A stretch of 64,000 nt of DNA, taken from the human T2T-CHM13v2.0 reference genome, Homo sapiens. The stretch lies in the NCBI RefSeq assembly GCF_009914755.1, contig NC_060925.1, one strand, 5' to 3'. The notes under the pieces are model-generated. The model searched no databases and was not told the DNA's origin. It saw nothing but the letters and a program-made list of their open reading frames with translations. Below, piece after piece: positions 43,096 through 54,740 of the stretch. A program made the translations under genes and the position numbers. Each line of letters begins with the position of its first letter. The first letter of the stretch is position 1.

Positions 43096-44899
43096 AACTG
43101 TAGCTCAGTGTTTCTCACTGAATTCTGGGAGAATGTTTACCATGTGCTTTTCTATTATTTTACCAGTTAAAAGACAAAACTTCTCTTTTGCAATTCTAAT
43201 TTGAAATTGAAAGATGTTTTTCATAAAAGTGGATTTTGGTTTCTTAGGATAGTGTCTCTCACACTGGGGTATATAGACGCCCGGGGTTCTCAGGTATGCT
43301 CATGGGAGTCTGGGAGGTATTCTTTCCTTTGGAATACGCCTACATATGAGTCAAGTTTGGGAAAACCCGTGTATAGCTGCTGGAGGCCATGGATAAGGGC
43401 TGAAGGTCAAGCATAAGGGCTAGAGGTAGGGTGTGTTGGAGTTGTCTCCAGAGAACTTTCTAGAAAGCCGATCTTAAACAGTAGTTACAAGGAAGGGGTG
43501 AGCCTCAACACAGGATAGAATGGCACTGGATGACTCGCACTGGGAGCCCAGCTTATGTGAATGCAGAGAAGCTATATGTGGCAAGCACTATAGGCCATAA
43601 GGGGCTTGGCTGAAACACGGCAGCCTGACTGAATAGGAGTTTCAACTTGGATAGAACAAGGTGCAGAGTTGAGGGCACTTCATACCCCAAAAGTCGAAAT
43701 TTGAGTGAGTGACAGCTGTGCAGGGCTGGGGCGGCACTGGAGCAGCGACCCATAAACTCTGCTTTCTAGCCCCTTCCCCATCACTTACATCCCATTGAAG
43801 TCATGTCAGCATGAAGGCCCCACCAGGGAGCATCGACCCCGCTCTGTGGCCTGTGCAGCTGGGGTGTGGAGTATATGTGCTCAGGAGTCAGCTGGCAGGT
43901 GGAAGATGACCCAGCCCTCCGGAGGATGGTCCCCAGCTCACCAGCTTGCAGTCCTTTGTTTAACCAGGAACCTAGCAGGCCAGAGGTCAGCATTTTTCTT
44001 GGAAGACTGTCAAAGCATGCCTGTAGCTGAAGAGGAGCAGGGTCAGATTCCCAGGGAGTGGGCCAGCATAAGGTCCTATCACTGCTTAGTTCTGCACTGT
44101 CTGCAGTCTGGCTGGTGCCAGCAGCATGGGATTGGCAGGGCAGCTTCCATAGTCTGGCCATAGAACCACAGGCCTGAGCCACTGGAAGGCCCTTTACAAG
44201 CCACACAGTGACCTCCATGCTGCAGGGATGAGTGGTGCCTGAGTCCCAGAGAGTTACTGGAAGATCTGAGACCTGAACCCGGATGTCCTGACACCTAGCG
44301 TGGTGCTCCCTCTGCCATCTCCTGATCAGGACAGGGAACCCAGGTGGGTAACCCAGTGGGGAACCCAGCATAACAGTGCCTCGACATCTTGGTTTTTCCC
44401 TCCCCTGCGTCTCACACAGAAGTATTAAGTTGACGTTGGGAGGCTGAAATAAATGCATCCCACTCTCTGCTGGAGTGACAGTGATTCTCCTTGGACATGT
44501 AGCTATAATGTGGCTCTCTCACCCTGTCAGGGCCTTGGGTGTTTTCAGGGGTGAGGGGTGTGTGTGGAAGGACTGTGATTCAGGAACTTTCAAGCCTCAG
44601 GGTAGCATCTATATGTAGGGCAGCTTGTACAGAAAGGCTGCTGGGCCTGGGGAGAAGGAGGTCTATGCCACTCAAGGTGCTACCTTTTCTCTGTCAGCTG
44701 CTTTTTCCACCTCCCTCTGGTTCTTCAATGGTCAGCAATCTCATTGGTGGTCCCTGAAGTCAATACCCCTTGGGTATTGAGAGCCTCTTCTTCCCTGGCC
44801 CTGGAGTTTAGGAAGGCAGGCGAGGGAATGGAGCTGAGGTAGAGAGAACCACCTGCGGTAGAAGATAGGCTGAGGGTGTGTTCTAACTTCTTAACTTGG

Positions 44900-45140
44900 C
44901 AGGGAGTGATGTCTGGATGTTAAGACCTCTGCTTTTGGAGTCCAGGACACCTAGATTTGTACCTGAGCCCCTCCCCTGACCTTGAATAGGCTACTTACTT
45001 AGCCTTTGTGAGCCTCAGCTTGAAAAATGGAGTTAATAGCCCCTCGCACATAGTACTGTTCTGAGGATTAGCTGAGGTCGTGCATATCAGCAGAGTACCG
45101 TTTGAGTGCCCAGCACACAGTAGGCATATATGATCATGTG
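44900..45140 (+). mobile_element. MIR
   Basis: GACCTTGAATAGGCTACTTA..CTTTGTGAGCCTCAG...GAGGATTAGCTGAG...GTGCCCAGCACACAGTAGG. Confidence 0.75.
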
Positions 45141-45354
45141 ATAACATCACCATCACCATCACCACGTGATGGCTGGGTGCCTGCACTGCACCCACCAGCA
45201 TGCTGGGTGCTATGGGAAATAAAGAGAGTGCCACACTTCAGCCATAGAGCACATGGTCTTACTAGAGAGAGAATCACACAGGAAAGAGAGGATGTGCCAA
45301 ACTAAGATTGAGAGATTTAGATTATGGGATATTGGGAGAGATCCATAAAGAAGT

Positions 45355-45500
45355 AGCTGGGCACAGTGGCTCACACCTATAATCCCAGTACTTTAAGAGG
45401 CTGAGGCAGGAGAATCACGTGAGACCAAGAGTTTGAGACAGGAGGATCACTTGAGGCCAAGAGTTTGGGCAACATAATGAGACCCCCATCTTTTTTTTTA
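45355..45500 (+). mobile_element. FLAM / Alu left monomer with internal 32-bp tandem duplication
   Basis: Units 45403-45434 and 45435-45466. Confidence 0.85.
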
Positions 45501-46239
45501 ATATGTAAAATAAAATAAACTGAAAAAGATGATTTTAAAGACCTTTTGAGGAGCCCAGGGTGGGAACAACTTGATAAATATTCAAAATAATATTTCACTT
45601 TTAGTATCTCCTCTCACCCACCCATCACCCCTAAAGTGAACATTTTAGAATAACACAGTGTGGAACAAGGAGGAAATTGTTCCAGCCGTGGGCCAGCAGA
45701 AGTCCTGAGTGGCCAGGAGCCCGGGGAATAGAACCCTTCACCTTCACCCTCCCCTTTGCCCTGTGGGGGGGGAAGCATGGTACACTGGGCACCTCCTTGC
45801 CAAAGTCCAGAAAATCTGTGTGGCTAAATGGTGAAAGAATTTTCCACCCTCTTTGCCCTCACTGGACTTTGTGGGATGCTAGAAATATTTTGCAACCCAC
45901 CGTCAGAGAAAGAATTGACCAGGGCTGGTGCCAAAATATTCAGTACATTCAAAAGAGTCTTTTGTTTTATGAAGAAAGTGACTGGGCTGGGAGCCTCGTC
46001 TTCTGATTTGACATCACAGCCTGGTGGGTGGGGCCTTCTACTGATCCTGTCCCCACTCCCTGGTTCAAAGTTCCTTAGCCTAGTGAAGATTCTTTAGGAA
46101 AGCTAAGTTCTGGTTCAGTTTGTGAGTTCCATAACCTTAGACACATTCTTCACCCCCTTTGGCATTCACTGCTCATCTGTGAAATGGTGAGACTATTCCA
46201 CTCCTGTCGAAGGGTGAGTTCTTGTTCCCCAAGAATGAC

Positions 46240-46720
46240 CTCTTGTTCCATTTCCAGCTCTCAGGTCTGAGCTTGCATGAAGTGAGTGTTGCCCCTTTCC
46301 AGATGGGCACTCTGTGATGTCAAACATGTAATTCTGTCATTATCCGAAACACGTCTGAGCTATGCTTTCGAAATCGCTTTCGAGGCTGCAGCACATTCTT
46401 TGAATATCCTCAGGGATGGGCAGTCTTCTTCCTTTTAGAGGGAATTTGATTTCTGCAAGCCGCCTAATCAGGACAATAAGTCTAGGCTCAAGCTAAATGA
46501 AGATACTTTTAGTTCCAAACAAATGAAGCTGATTTCGTTCAGCTTCTAAACTGACTCAGCAGTCGGTTCCAAATAAAGTTTCAAAAATGCTTTAAGCAAG
46601 AACTGCATCATTAAAACAGCAGGTGGTAGGCTATTATAACTTTTAAGGACAGCACTCATTTGGACTTTTAAAAATTATGATTTTTAAAAAAAATTAATTT
46701 GCTACTTTATATTTACATCT
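46240..46720. mobile_element. Second fold-back mariner fossil (MARNA-like)
   Basis: Minus strand of about 46400-46462 reads RLAEIKFPLKGRRLPIPEDIQ (mariner LKGRRF motif); plus-strand arm reads KCFKQ. Confidence 0.75.
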
Positions 46721-46866
46721 CATTTTTGTAAAAAGTAATTATTCTCTTTATTCCTATTCATTTGCTAATGTGTTTTTATGTGTCTGGCTGTTTATGCTTT
46801 TTATTTCCATAAAAATGTGGCTTACTCAGATCACTATTAGCTATAAAAACATAAAATGTCCTAGCT

Positions 46867-47021
46867 CAGTGGTTCTCAAACCTATCTCAGCTTGTTCAAA
46901 CCTAGACTGCTGGGCCCACACTCAGAGTTCCTGATTCGGGAAGTCTGGGAGGGGCCCAATAATTTGCATTTTTCATACGTTCCCAGATTCTGCTGCAGGA
47001 CCACAAGTTGAAAACCCCTGG
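46867..47021. mobile_element. MER5A
   Basis: CAGTGGTTCTCAAA ... TTGAAAACCCCTG ends; TGCTGGGCCCAC core. Confidence 0.85.
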
Positions 47022-47344
47022 TCCAGCTGAGGTGCTTTGGTCATCTAGTTCAACCCCCTTGTACAAATCAGTAAACTGAGGCCCAGGGAGACGCAACTCC
47101 CTTGCCTAGTGTTATAGAACTAGTTACTGACAAAGTTGGAACTGGAGCCCAGGGATTCTGTATGCCCATTCTAGTGCTCTAAAATGATCATTTCTTGGTT
47201 GAAGACTTCTTAGCATGACTGTAGGTTCTTACCATTTTGCAGGACCCTATCGAATTCAAATATTCCAGCCTGTTATCCTTTTTAGCACAACTGTGTCATG
47301 ATTTTTATTTCATCACAGGAAGAGCCTGTGTTTAATTTGCCTCA

Positions 47345-47951
47345 TTAAAAAAAATTGTGATAAAATATACATAATATAAAATGTACCATTTTAATCATTT
47401 CAGTTGTATGGTTCTGTGATATTAAGTACATGTATGTTGCTGTGTGCATCTACATTGCCGCCATCCATCTCCAGAACTTTCTCATCTTCCCAAAATTAAA
47501 ACTCTACTCATTAAACAATAACTCCCTATTCCCTCCTCCCCCAAGCACCTGGGAACCGTCATTCTGCTTTCTGTCTCTATGAATTTGACCTCTCTAGGTA
47601 GGTCATATGAGTAAAATCATACAGTATTCGTCCTTTTGTGAGTGGCTTATTTCACTTAGCATGAATGTCTTCAAGGTTCATCCAGGTTGTAGCATGAGTC
47701 AAAATTTCCTTCTTCCAAATACTGAATAATAGACCTTTATTTGCATGGATATACCACATTTTGTTTATCCATTGTCAATGGACATTTGGGTTGTTTCCAC
47801 CTTTTAGCTTTTGCAAATCATGTTGCTATGAACATGGGTGTACAAACAGCTCTTCAAGTGCCTGCTTCCAATTCTTTGGCATATCTGTACCTGGATATGA
47901 TGTGGAATTGCTGGATTATGTGGTAATTCCATGTTTAATTTTTTTGAGGAG
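47345..47951 (-). mobile_element. L1MB 3' end
   Basis: CATCCATCTCCAGAACTTT...ATTAAACAATAACTCCC...GGACATTTGGGTTGTTTCCACCTTTT. Confidence 0.9.
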
Positions 47952-47960
47952 CCTGATTGG

Positions 47961-48272
<312 letters not shown>

Positions 48273-48658
48273 CCTGATTGGCTGTTAATTCTGGGAGTTG
48301 GAGGCTGGAAATACAGCTCTGTTCTTAATAAATTGGTGGGTAAACAGAGCCTGAACAGTCCCTGGCTCTTACCCATCTGGTGCTACTCTTGGTGCTCCCC
48401 TGAGGCCTTGTGATAAAAGAGACCCTGTTATTCACAGTTCATGGCCGGAGGCTGCAAATGGTCTCTAGGGTTTTCTCTCTTCTCCCCCTTGGCTCTCTCT
48501 GATTTCCGTGTCACCAGTTTCCATCCATATTTGTCTCCCTCTTTGCCTTTGGGCAGTTATCTGCTTGTATTTCTGTCTACCAAATCTAGCCAACCCCAAA
48601 GCACTCCCACTGTACTGCAGAACCAAGTCTGGAACCAATGGGTCAGCTTCATTACACT

Positions 48659-49013
48659 TGCCAAAAGACAAAATTACAACAAATTTAGTTAAAGATCGAA
48701 TTAGCTTTTATTTGTGATCCTAGAATTGGGCAATACCTCATTCTTTAAAATGGAATGAGTGTTCCCATGACCTGAGCAGAGGAGGTTGGCTTTATAAGCA
48801 GAAAAAAGCTGAAGAAAACAGTCACAGAGAACAAAAAGCAGATTGGTCATTTCAAACTAACTGTCCTTCTAGGGTTAAAACAGAGGGGACTTCCTTATGC
48901 TGACTCAGGTTGACTGGAATCTTCTGGATTTTTGAAAACTGGCCCATTTCAAAGTTTGGTTTGATTCCATGGCACTGAGCACAAGTGACCTCGCATAAAC
49001 TTTGTTTAATACA
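48659..49013 (-). mobile_element. ERV1-type LTR fragment (MER93-like, tentative)
   Basis: CAAAAGACAAAATTACAACAAATTTAGTT...TTTTATT...CTTTATA (antisense polyA and TATA signals). Confidence 0.6.
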
Positions 49014-50900
49014 CAACACCTTAAATTCTGTAATGAAATGGGATTGTAATCTAAGGAGGCAGTATGCCAGGTCATGGGGTGGGAAGACCTCCCATATAGT
49101 AGAGATTTTAAAATGCTTACAGAATTAAATGAATGAGTATGACAAGATGGCAAGAATGCTGTCAGGCAGAGCTCTAGGGCTGGCCATTTTGTAGGAAACA
49201 GCCAATTACATGGGTTGGTTTTCACCACAATCCAGCAGTCTGGGGATCCACCAACTCTAGGGAACCCTGTGCTGCCCTAGAGTTAGAGGAGGCAATGGGG
49301 AAGCCTCATGCTTTCTGCTTCTGAATGATCCCAGCTTGAGAGTTGAAGCACGAGTCTTCCTTGGGGTTCACCCTGGTTGGGATGCTTCCCGTGGGTTGTC
49401 AGGCAGTGAGTCCAGGAGTCAGCCGTGTTTCAGGAGCTCAAGGGCAAGAACGACCAGGCTTTGGTTTTGTTGATTCGAGGTTTCTGCCTGTCTGCACAAC
49501 CTCGAATTTCTCTTACCTGATTTCAGGGAATATTGTGAAACTCTAAAACCAAAACTATTATTTTTTACATTTAAGGAAACTTAAAATGATACAATATTCT
49601 TTTCCTAGGTGATTTACAAAATCCTTCTGTCAATGAAGTTAAACTAATAGCAGCCAAGTATAGAGCCCCCATAAGGCTTGTTTCCACATCACCTTCCCAA
49701 CTTTCCCAGGATCAGTTAACTGAGTGGATAGGTTACTTTAAAGAAAATGTTTTGAAGCAGCATGATGCCTATTATTGATGTCATCAGAAATTACCCTTTT
49801 GGTGATAGTACAAGTGCTTCATTACGCAGGTTAACAGGAAAAGTGAAGCAGGTGTGGTAGTTAATCCACAAAATCCATATTGGCTCAGAATAGCAGGTTA
49901 TTTTGTGACAGCAGAAGCTACCACCTTTCTGAATAGTCTTACGGTGTTCACTTTTACCCACACACTGGTGAATATCTTCTCAGCCCTGGGGACTTTGTGT
50001 TTCCCTTCCTCCAGGCTATGTTCCCTGAAGGAGGTAGTCTAGACGTCCGCCCCCAGTGTGCAATATCCTTGTTTCCTTTCCTCAATTAGAATGGAGGCTT
50101 CTCAGAGATCCCAGATCCCAGAAACAGTCCGGGAAGGCCAATGTACTGGGTGGTAATTGGTGAGATTTATCTGGCGGCTGGGAGCTGTCATCAGGTTTTC
50201 AGAGTACAAATTTGTATTAATAGAATCCATTAACATCAGTGCTTGCAGCAAATTGTAACCAGACTCCACCTTATCACAGCACCATGCTACTGCTTCAGAG
50301 GGTAATTCCCCTCCGGCAGCCGACTTCTCTTTCCTGCTGTTCTGTGTGTAAAAATGAGAGGATGTTTATTTCCTCGGGGCTGTAACAAAGTCATCAAATG
50401 AGACCAAAAAGGTCTTTGTGGGCCTCCCCTATCTCTGAGAGCTGCTCTGGTGCCATCTGCTTAGGGTGAGGCTGAGCACACAGGCAAATTGGTTGACTTG
50501 CCTGACAGAAGATGTAGGGGAAGAGTTGTTTCTTATTTAAAATCCCCTGAGGTGGAGGCTGTGCGATGACCCCTGGGTAACACCTATCCCTTCCTGCATC
50601 CATCCATTCACGCAGGTTGTGTTGGCTGCACATGTGCTCATGCTGAAGCAGCCCAGAGTGCAGAGCTGTGAGACCTGCTGCATGCCTGCCCAGAGCCCCC
50701 ATGTGATTGAGGGATCCAGACGGCACTATGTGAAAACCTAGGAAGCAATACAGGGCAGGCCTGGGGGCAACCAACCCCATCCTTTTATAAGTAAATAAAG
50801 TGGGCACGGGAAACTTAGCTTTTTCTCTTGAACTTGGTATGAAGAAAAATCAGAAGGGGAGAAGGGAAACATTTTCAGTAGCTTAAGTAAAGGTCCTTGA

Positions 50901-51244
<344 letters not shown>

Positions 51245-51499
51245 AGGGAGGCACTTTTCTAAGAAGTGGGTGGTAGAGGGAGTGATAGTGGCATGCATCC
51301 CCTGATGCTCACCCAATGGTCTCACCCTGGTAGTGGGCCAGGCCTTCTCCCAAGGATAGTGGGATGAGCCAAGAAGGTATTACTTCAATTCAGGGCCAGA
51401 AATTTGGGTCTCCATTGAAGCAGCTAGACATAAGGTGCCTAAAGTCATACTTGAGAGTAGAATGTAAAGGTCTCTTCCCTGATTGGGTCCTAGGTCACT

Positions 51500-52030
51500 T
51501 GGCATCTTGGCATGGAATCCCTAGAAAGCAGAACCTCGGGCAAGGCTTATGTGTTACAACTTTATTAGGGAGTGCAATCCCAGAGAACAGAAGTGAAGGA
51601 ACAGGCAAGAAGGGCGAGGAGAGGATGAGCCAATATGAGGATGCCCCCACTTCCTGGTCTCAAACCCAACCAGTGGCTCAGGCTATTGGAAGTGTAGAGA
51701 TGGACTGTTGCTAGGGACAGTGCATCAGGAGAAGGGCCACCCTTTCCCACTGGTCAAAGTTTCAAACCATGGGTCATTAATTCCCCTGAATTTCTGGGTT
51801 GCACATGCCTGGGATCTCTGAATAGGTCCTACTTTATCTCACCCCTCATTGTCAATAAGAGGCCCTAGGGCTAGAAGCAAGAGGTGCAGGAAGCTAGGCA
51901 TACGTCGTGGCACTGTGGGGTGGTGCCTGTATGAAGTGGGTAGCTCTTGCAGAGATAGTCACTACAGCGGTATTTGGAGCCCTGTAAACATGTGCCTGAG
52001 AGCATCTGAAATGGCACTGGACCACACACC
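51500..52030 (-). mobile_element. Old ERVL-type LTR (LTR33-like)
   Basis: CCCTAGAAAGCAGAACCTCGGGCAAGG...TTTATTAGGGAGTGCAATCCCAG. Confidence 0.55.
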
Positions 52031-52664
52031 TCTATAGCACTGTGGATGGGCATCAGGATAGATTTTCTTTCAGTACTGCCAGGAGTGTGGGGCACAGAGT
52101 GGGGCTGGAGTAGGTTGGTCCAGGAAACATTATTGTTTTCCTATGGGGGACTCCTTGCAGGCTTGATGAAATGCCTGGCAAGTCCAGAGGAAGGACACAG
52201 AGATGAAGAGGCACGTTGCCCAGGCAGGCAACAAGCATGGCTGCCACTTACCTGCTGCAGCCAAAACTTACGGCCAAACTAACCCAGTCTACGAGGAAAC
52301 CTAGTACCATAATCTTCTCCAGCCCTAGCCTCCATGGAGCCCTGTACCTAGCCTAGGGAAGAAGATACCATGGGCTCCTCTGTTATTACTGAGCATCAGG
52401 AATGTGCCTTGTATGCTGTAGGCATGCATTTTTTTAAGTAAATGAGTAAGCCCCATAGCAAGCAATTTTAATCACAGGAAGGTGGCTCAGAGTTGGTAAA
52501 AAGGAAATATATTAAGGGAAAGTGAGTTCTCTGATGCTGACTACACATTTGAGGACTGTTTTTGCTAGGTTAGCTTAACCCTTCTTTATCCACCTTGAAT
52601 AGTTAACCCCTTCCTTTCCTGAACTCTTAACGACTTTCAGTTCCTTAGCAAATGTAGCAACACT

Positions 52665-52905
52665 GTCTGCTCTAGTATCCACTGTCTTGTTGCATAACAA
52701 GCCACCCCAAAACTTAGTGGCTTAAAACAACCATTTTATGTATTCACAATCTATGAGTCAACAAGTTAAGCTGGGCTCTGTTGGGAGATTCTTCTGATGG
52801 CCATGTCAGGTGTCACTCATGTAGCGACAGTCATCTGGTGGCCCCAGTACAGCTGGATGATCTCAGATGGCCTCACATGGCTGACATGCACTGCTGTCAG
52901 CTGGT
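52665..52905 (-). mobile_element. MLT1 (H-like) MaLR LTR fragment
   Basis: TGCATAACAAGCCACCCCAAAACTTAGTGGCTTAAAACAACCATTT. Confidence 0.8.
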
Positions 52906-52915
52906 TGGTCTAGGG

Positions 52916-53228
52916 CTGTGCTGTCCAAAATGGTAGCCACTAGCCCATGTGACTATTGAGCACTTGAAATGTGGCTGACCTGAATTGAGATGAGCTGTAA
53001 GTATAAACTTTCCATGTTTAATGTAAACTATCTCGTTAATAGTTCTCGATAGTTCTTATGTATTGATTAGAAGCTGATAATATTTTGAATCTTGGGTTAA
53101 ATAAAATACATTATTAAAATTGAATTGATTTCACCTGTTTCTTTTTACTTCTTTAATATGACTATTACAGAATTCGGAAAAATCCCATTTGTGGCTTACA
53201 CTATCATATCTCTATTGGACAGTTACTG
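52916..53228. mobile_element. MER33/MER3-type hAT-Charlie MITE
   Basis: GCTGTCCAAAATGGTAGCCACTAG...GAGCACTTGAAATGTGGCT ... CTATTGGACAG inverted ends. Confidence 0.85.
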
Positions 53229-53379
53229 GGTTGTGCTAAAGCACGCCCACCTGGCATTTGACCCAGATATTCTAAGGTTCTAAGGAAGTCTGTATCATCC
53301 ATGGCTACAGCAAAGCAAAACTGTACCATGTGTCTTGCAGAAACTCAAGATGAATGTTGTTAGGAAGCAAAAAAACAAT

Positions 53380-53900
53380 GACTAGGTTTCATAGTAATCC
53401 CATGAGACTTGAACTAAAGAATCTGTAGGAAGCAAGAATGTAAGGGATAGAGTAAATAGATACTCTGGAGCCAAAATATAGGAGTTGGGTGTGGGAGACT
53501 TGGAGAGGGAGAAGAAGCTGCTTTTCAAGTCTAGCTGGTGAACATGCTAGATGGTGTTATTCACTGATAATGTGACTGTAAGGAGGAAGAGAAGATTTGG
53601 TAGGATGATCATGGGTCTGGTCTTAAATATGTTGTTTTTAAGGTCCCAGTGGAGATCCAAGTGGAGATAGTTACTGAACAGCTGAAAATATAGATTTAAT
53701 GGTGGGAGAGATGCTTGGACATGAGAAATCAATATGGGAGTCATTATTGAGCAGGAGGTGATTGCAACCATTGGTGAAGATAAGATTTCCCAGGGAGATT
53801 GTGGAGACTAAGAGCATCTCTGAGAGTGGCACCTGGGAAATGCCCATGTTTGAAGTACAGAGAAAGGAAACAAACGTCTGCAGAATACCAAGAAGTGATC
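53380..53900 (-). mobile_element. L2 fragment
   Basis: CCCAGTGGAGATCCAAGTGGAGAT...GGGAGTCATT. Confidence 0.65.
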
Positions 53901-54269
53901 TAGCAGCAGGGCCTAGTACCAGATCTAAAATTGCTAAAGAAAGAGAGGAAGCAAGATTCCATGGTGAGCCGTGTGTTCTTCATCTTTTTGTTCCCCAAAG
54001 GGCATTATACAAAGAAGACGCACAATTAATGTTTGTCGAATTAGATGAAGTTGCATTGTATTGCGCTGCACTGTATTGCGCTAACTCAAGCTCTGCTGCC
54101 TCCTGGGCTGCTCTGGCAGTTTTAGGCTTTCCCCCACTCTGTCAAGCTTCTCCCCCTTTGCCTCTCTTATTCAGTAAGTCCATTATACAGTAAAGCTTTG
54201 TTGCCCAACTAAATATTTTAGGAACTTAGTAAAAGCTGGTGTGAATTATGTCACCAATTCCCATTTGCC

Positions 54270-54740
54270 TGCCTTTAGATGGCTAACAACGCCCAGATAG
54301 CAGAGGCTGAAGGAAAAGGACATTAATGACCTCTCATAACAAGTAGTCTGGATGTAGGTGCTTTCAGATTTGGGGCAGGACTTCAGTTATAAAGGACCCA
54401 GGCTTTTTTTGCCTGGCCACTTTGGAATCTTCAGCTTATCAACTCTTTGTACCTGGATGTATCACCTCATAGTTATAAGCATCATGTCCTAAAATAGTCA
54501 ACTTCTTGGTAGGAATAAGATATCAGGCCTCTGCTGTATCTTTGGCAGAGATTAAAAAAATATTTGTCAAAAGTTTCCCCAGCTGACTTCCTCATGCCTC
54601 ATTGGCCAACTTGGCCATATGCCCATCCTTAAACCAACTACTGGCAAAGGGGAATGTTATTATCATGCTTGGCTTAGCCAAATCATGTCTTATCCCTTGG
54701 AGCTGGGGAAGAAGATGGGAATGGCTGTTGGGTAGGAGGA
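54270..54740 (-). mobile_element. Old MLT1 (J/K-like) fragment
   Basis: CTCATTGGCCAACTTGGCCATATGCCCATCCTTAAACCAACTACTGGCAAAGGGGAATG. Confidence 0.65.

Noticed and set aside
43781-44458. Longest ORF (225 aa, minus strand)
   Set aside because: No recognisable domain, composition typical of random GC-rich frames, and no promoter or splice context.
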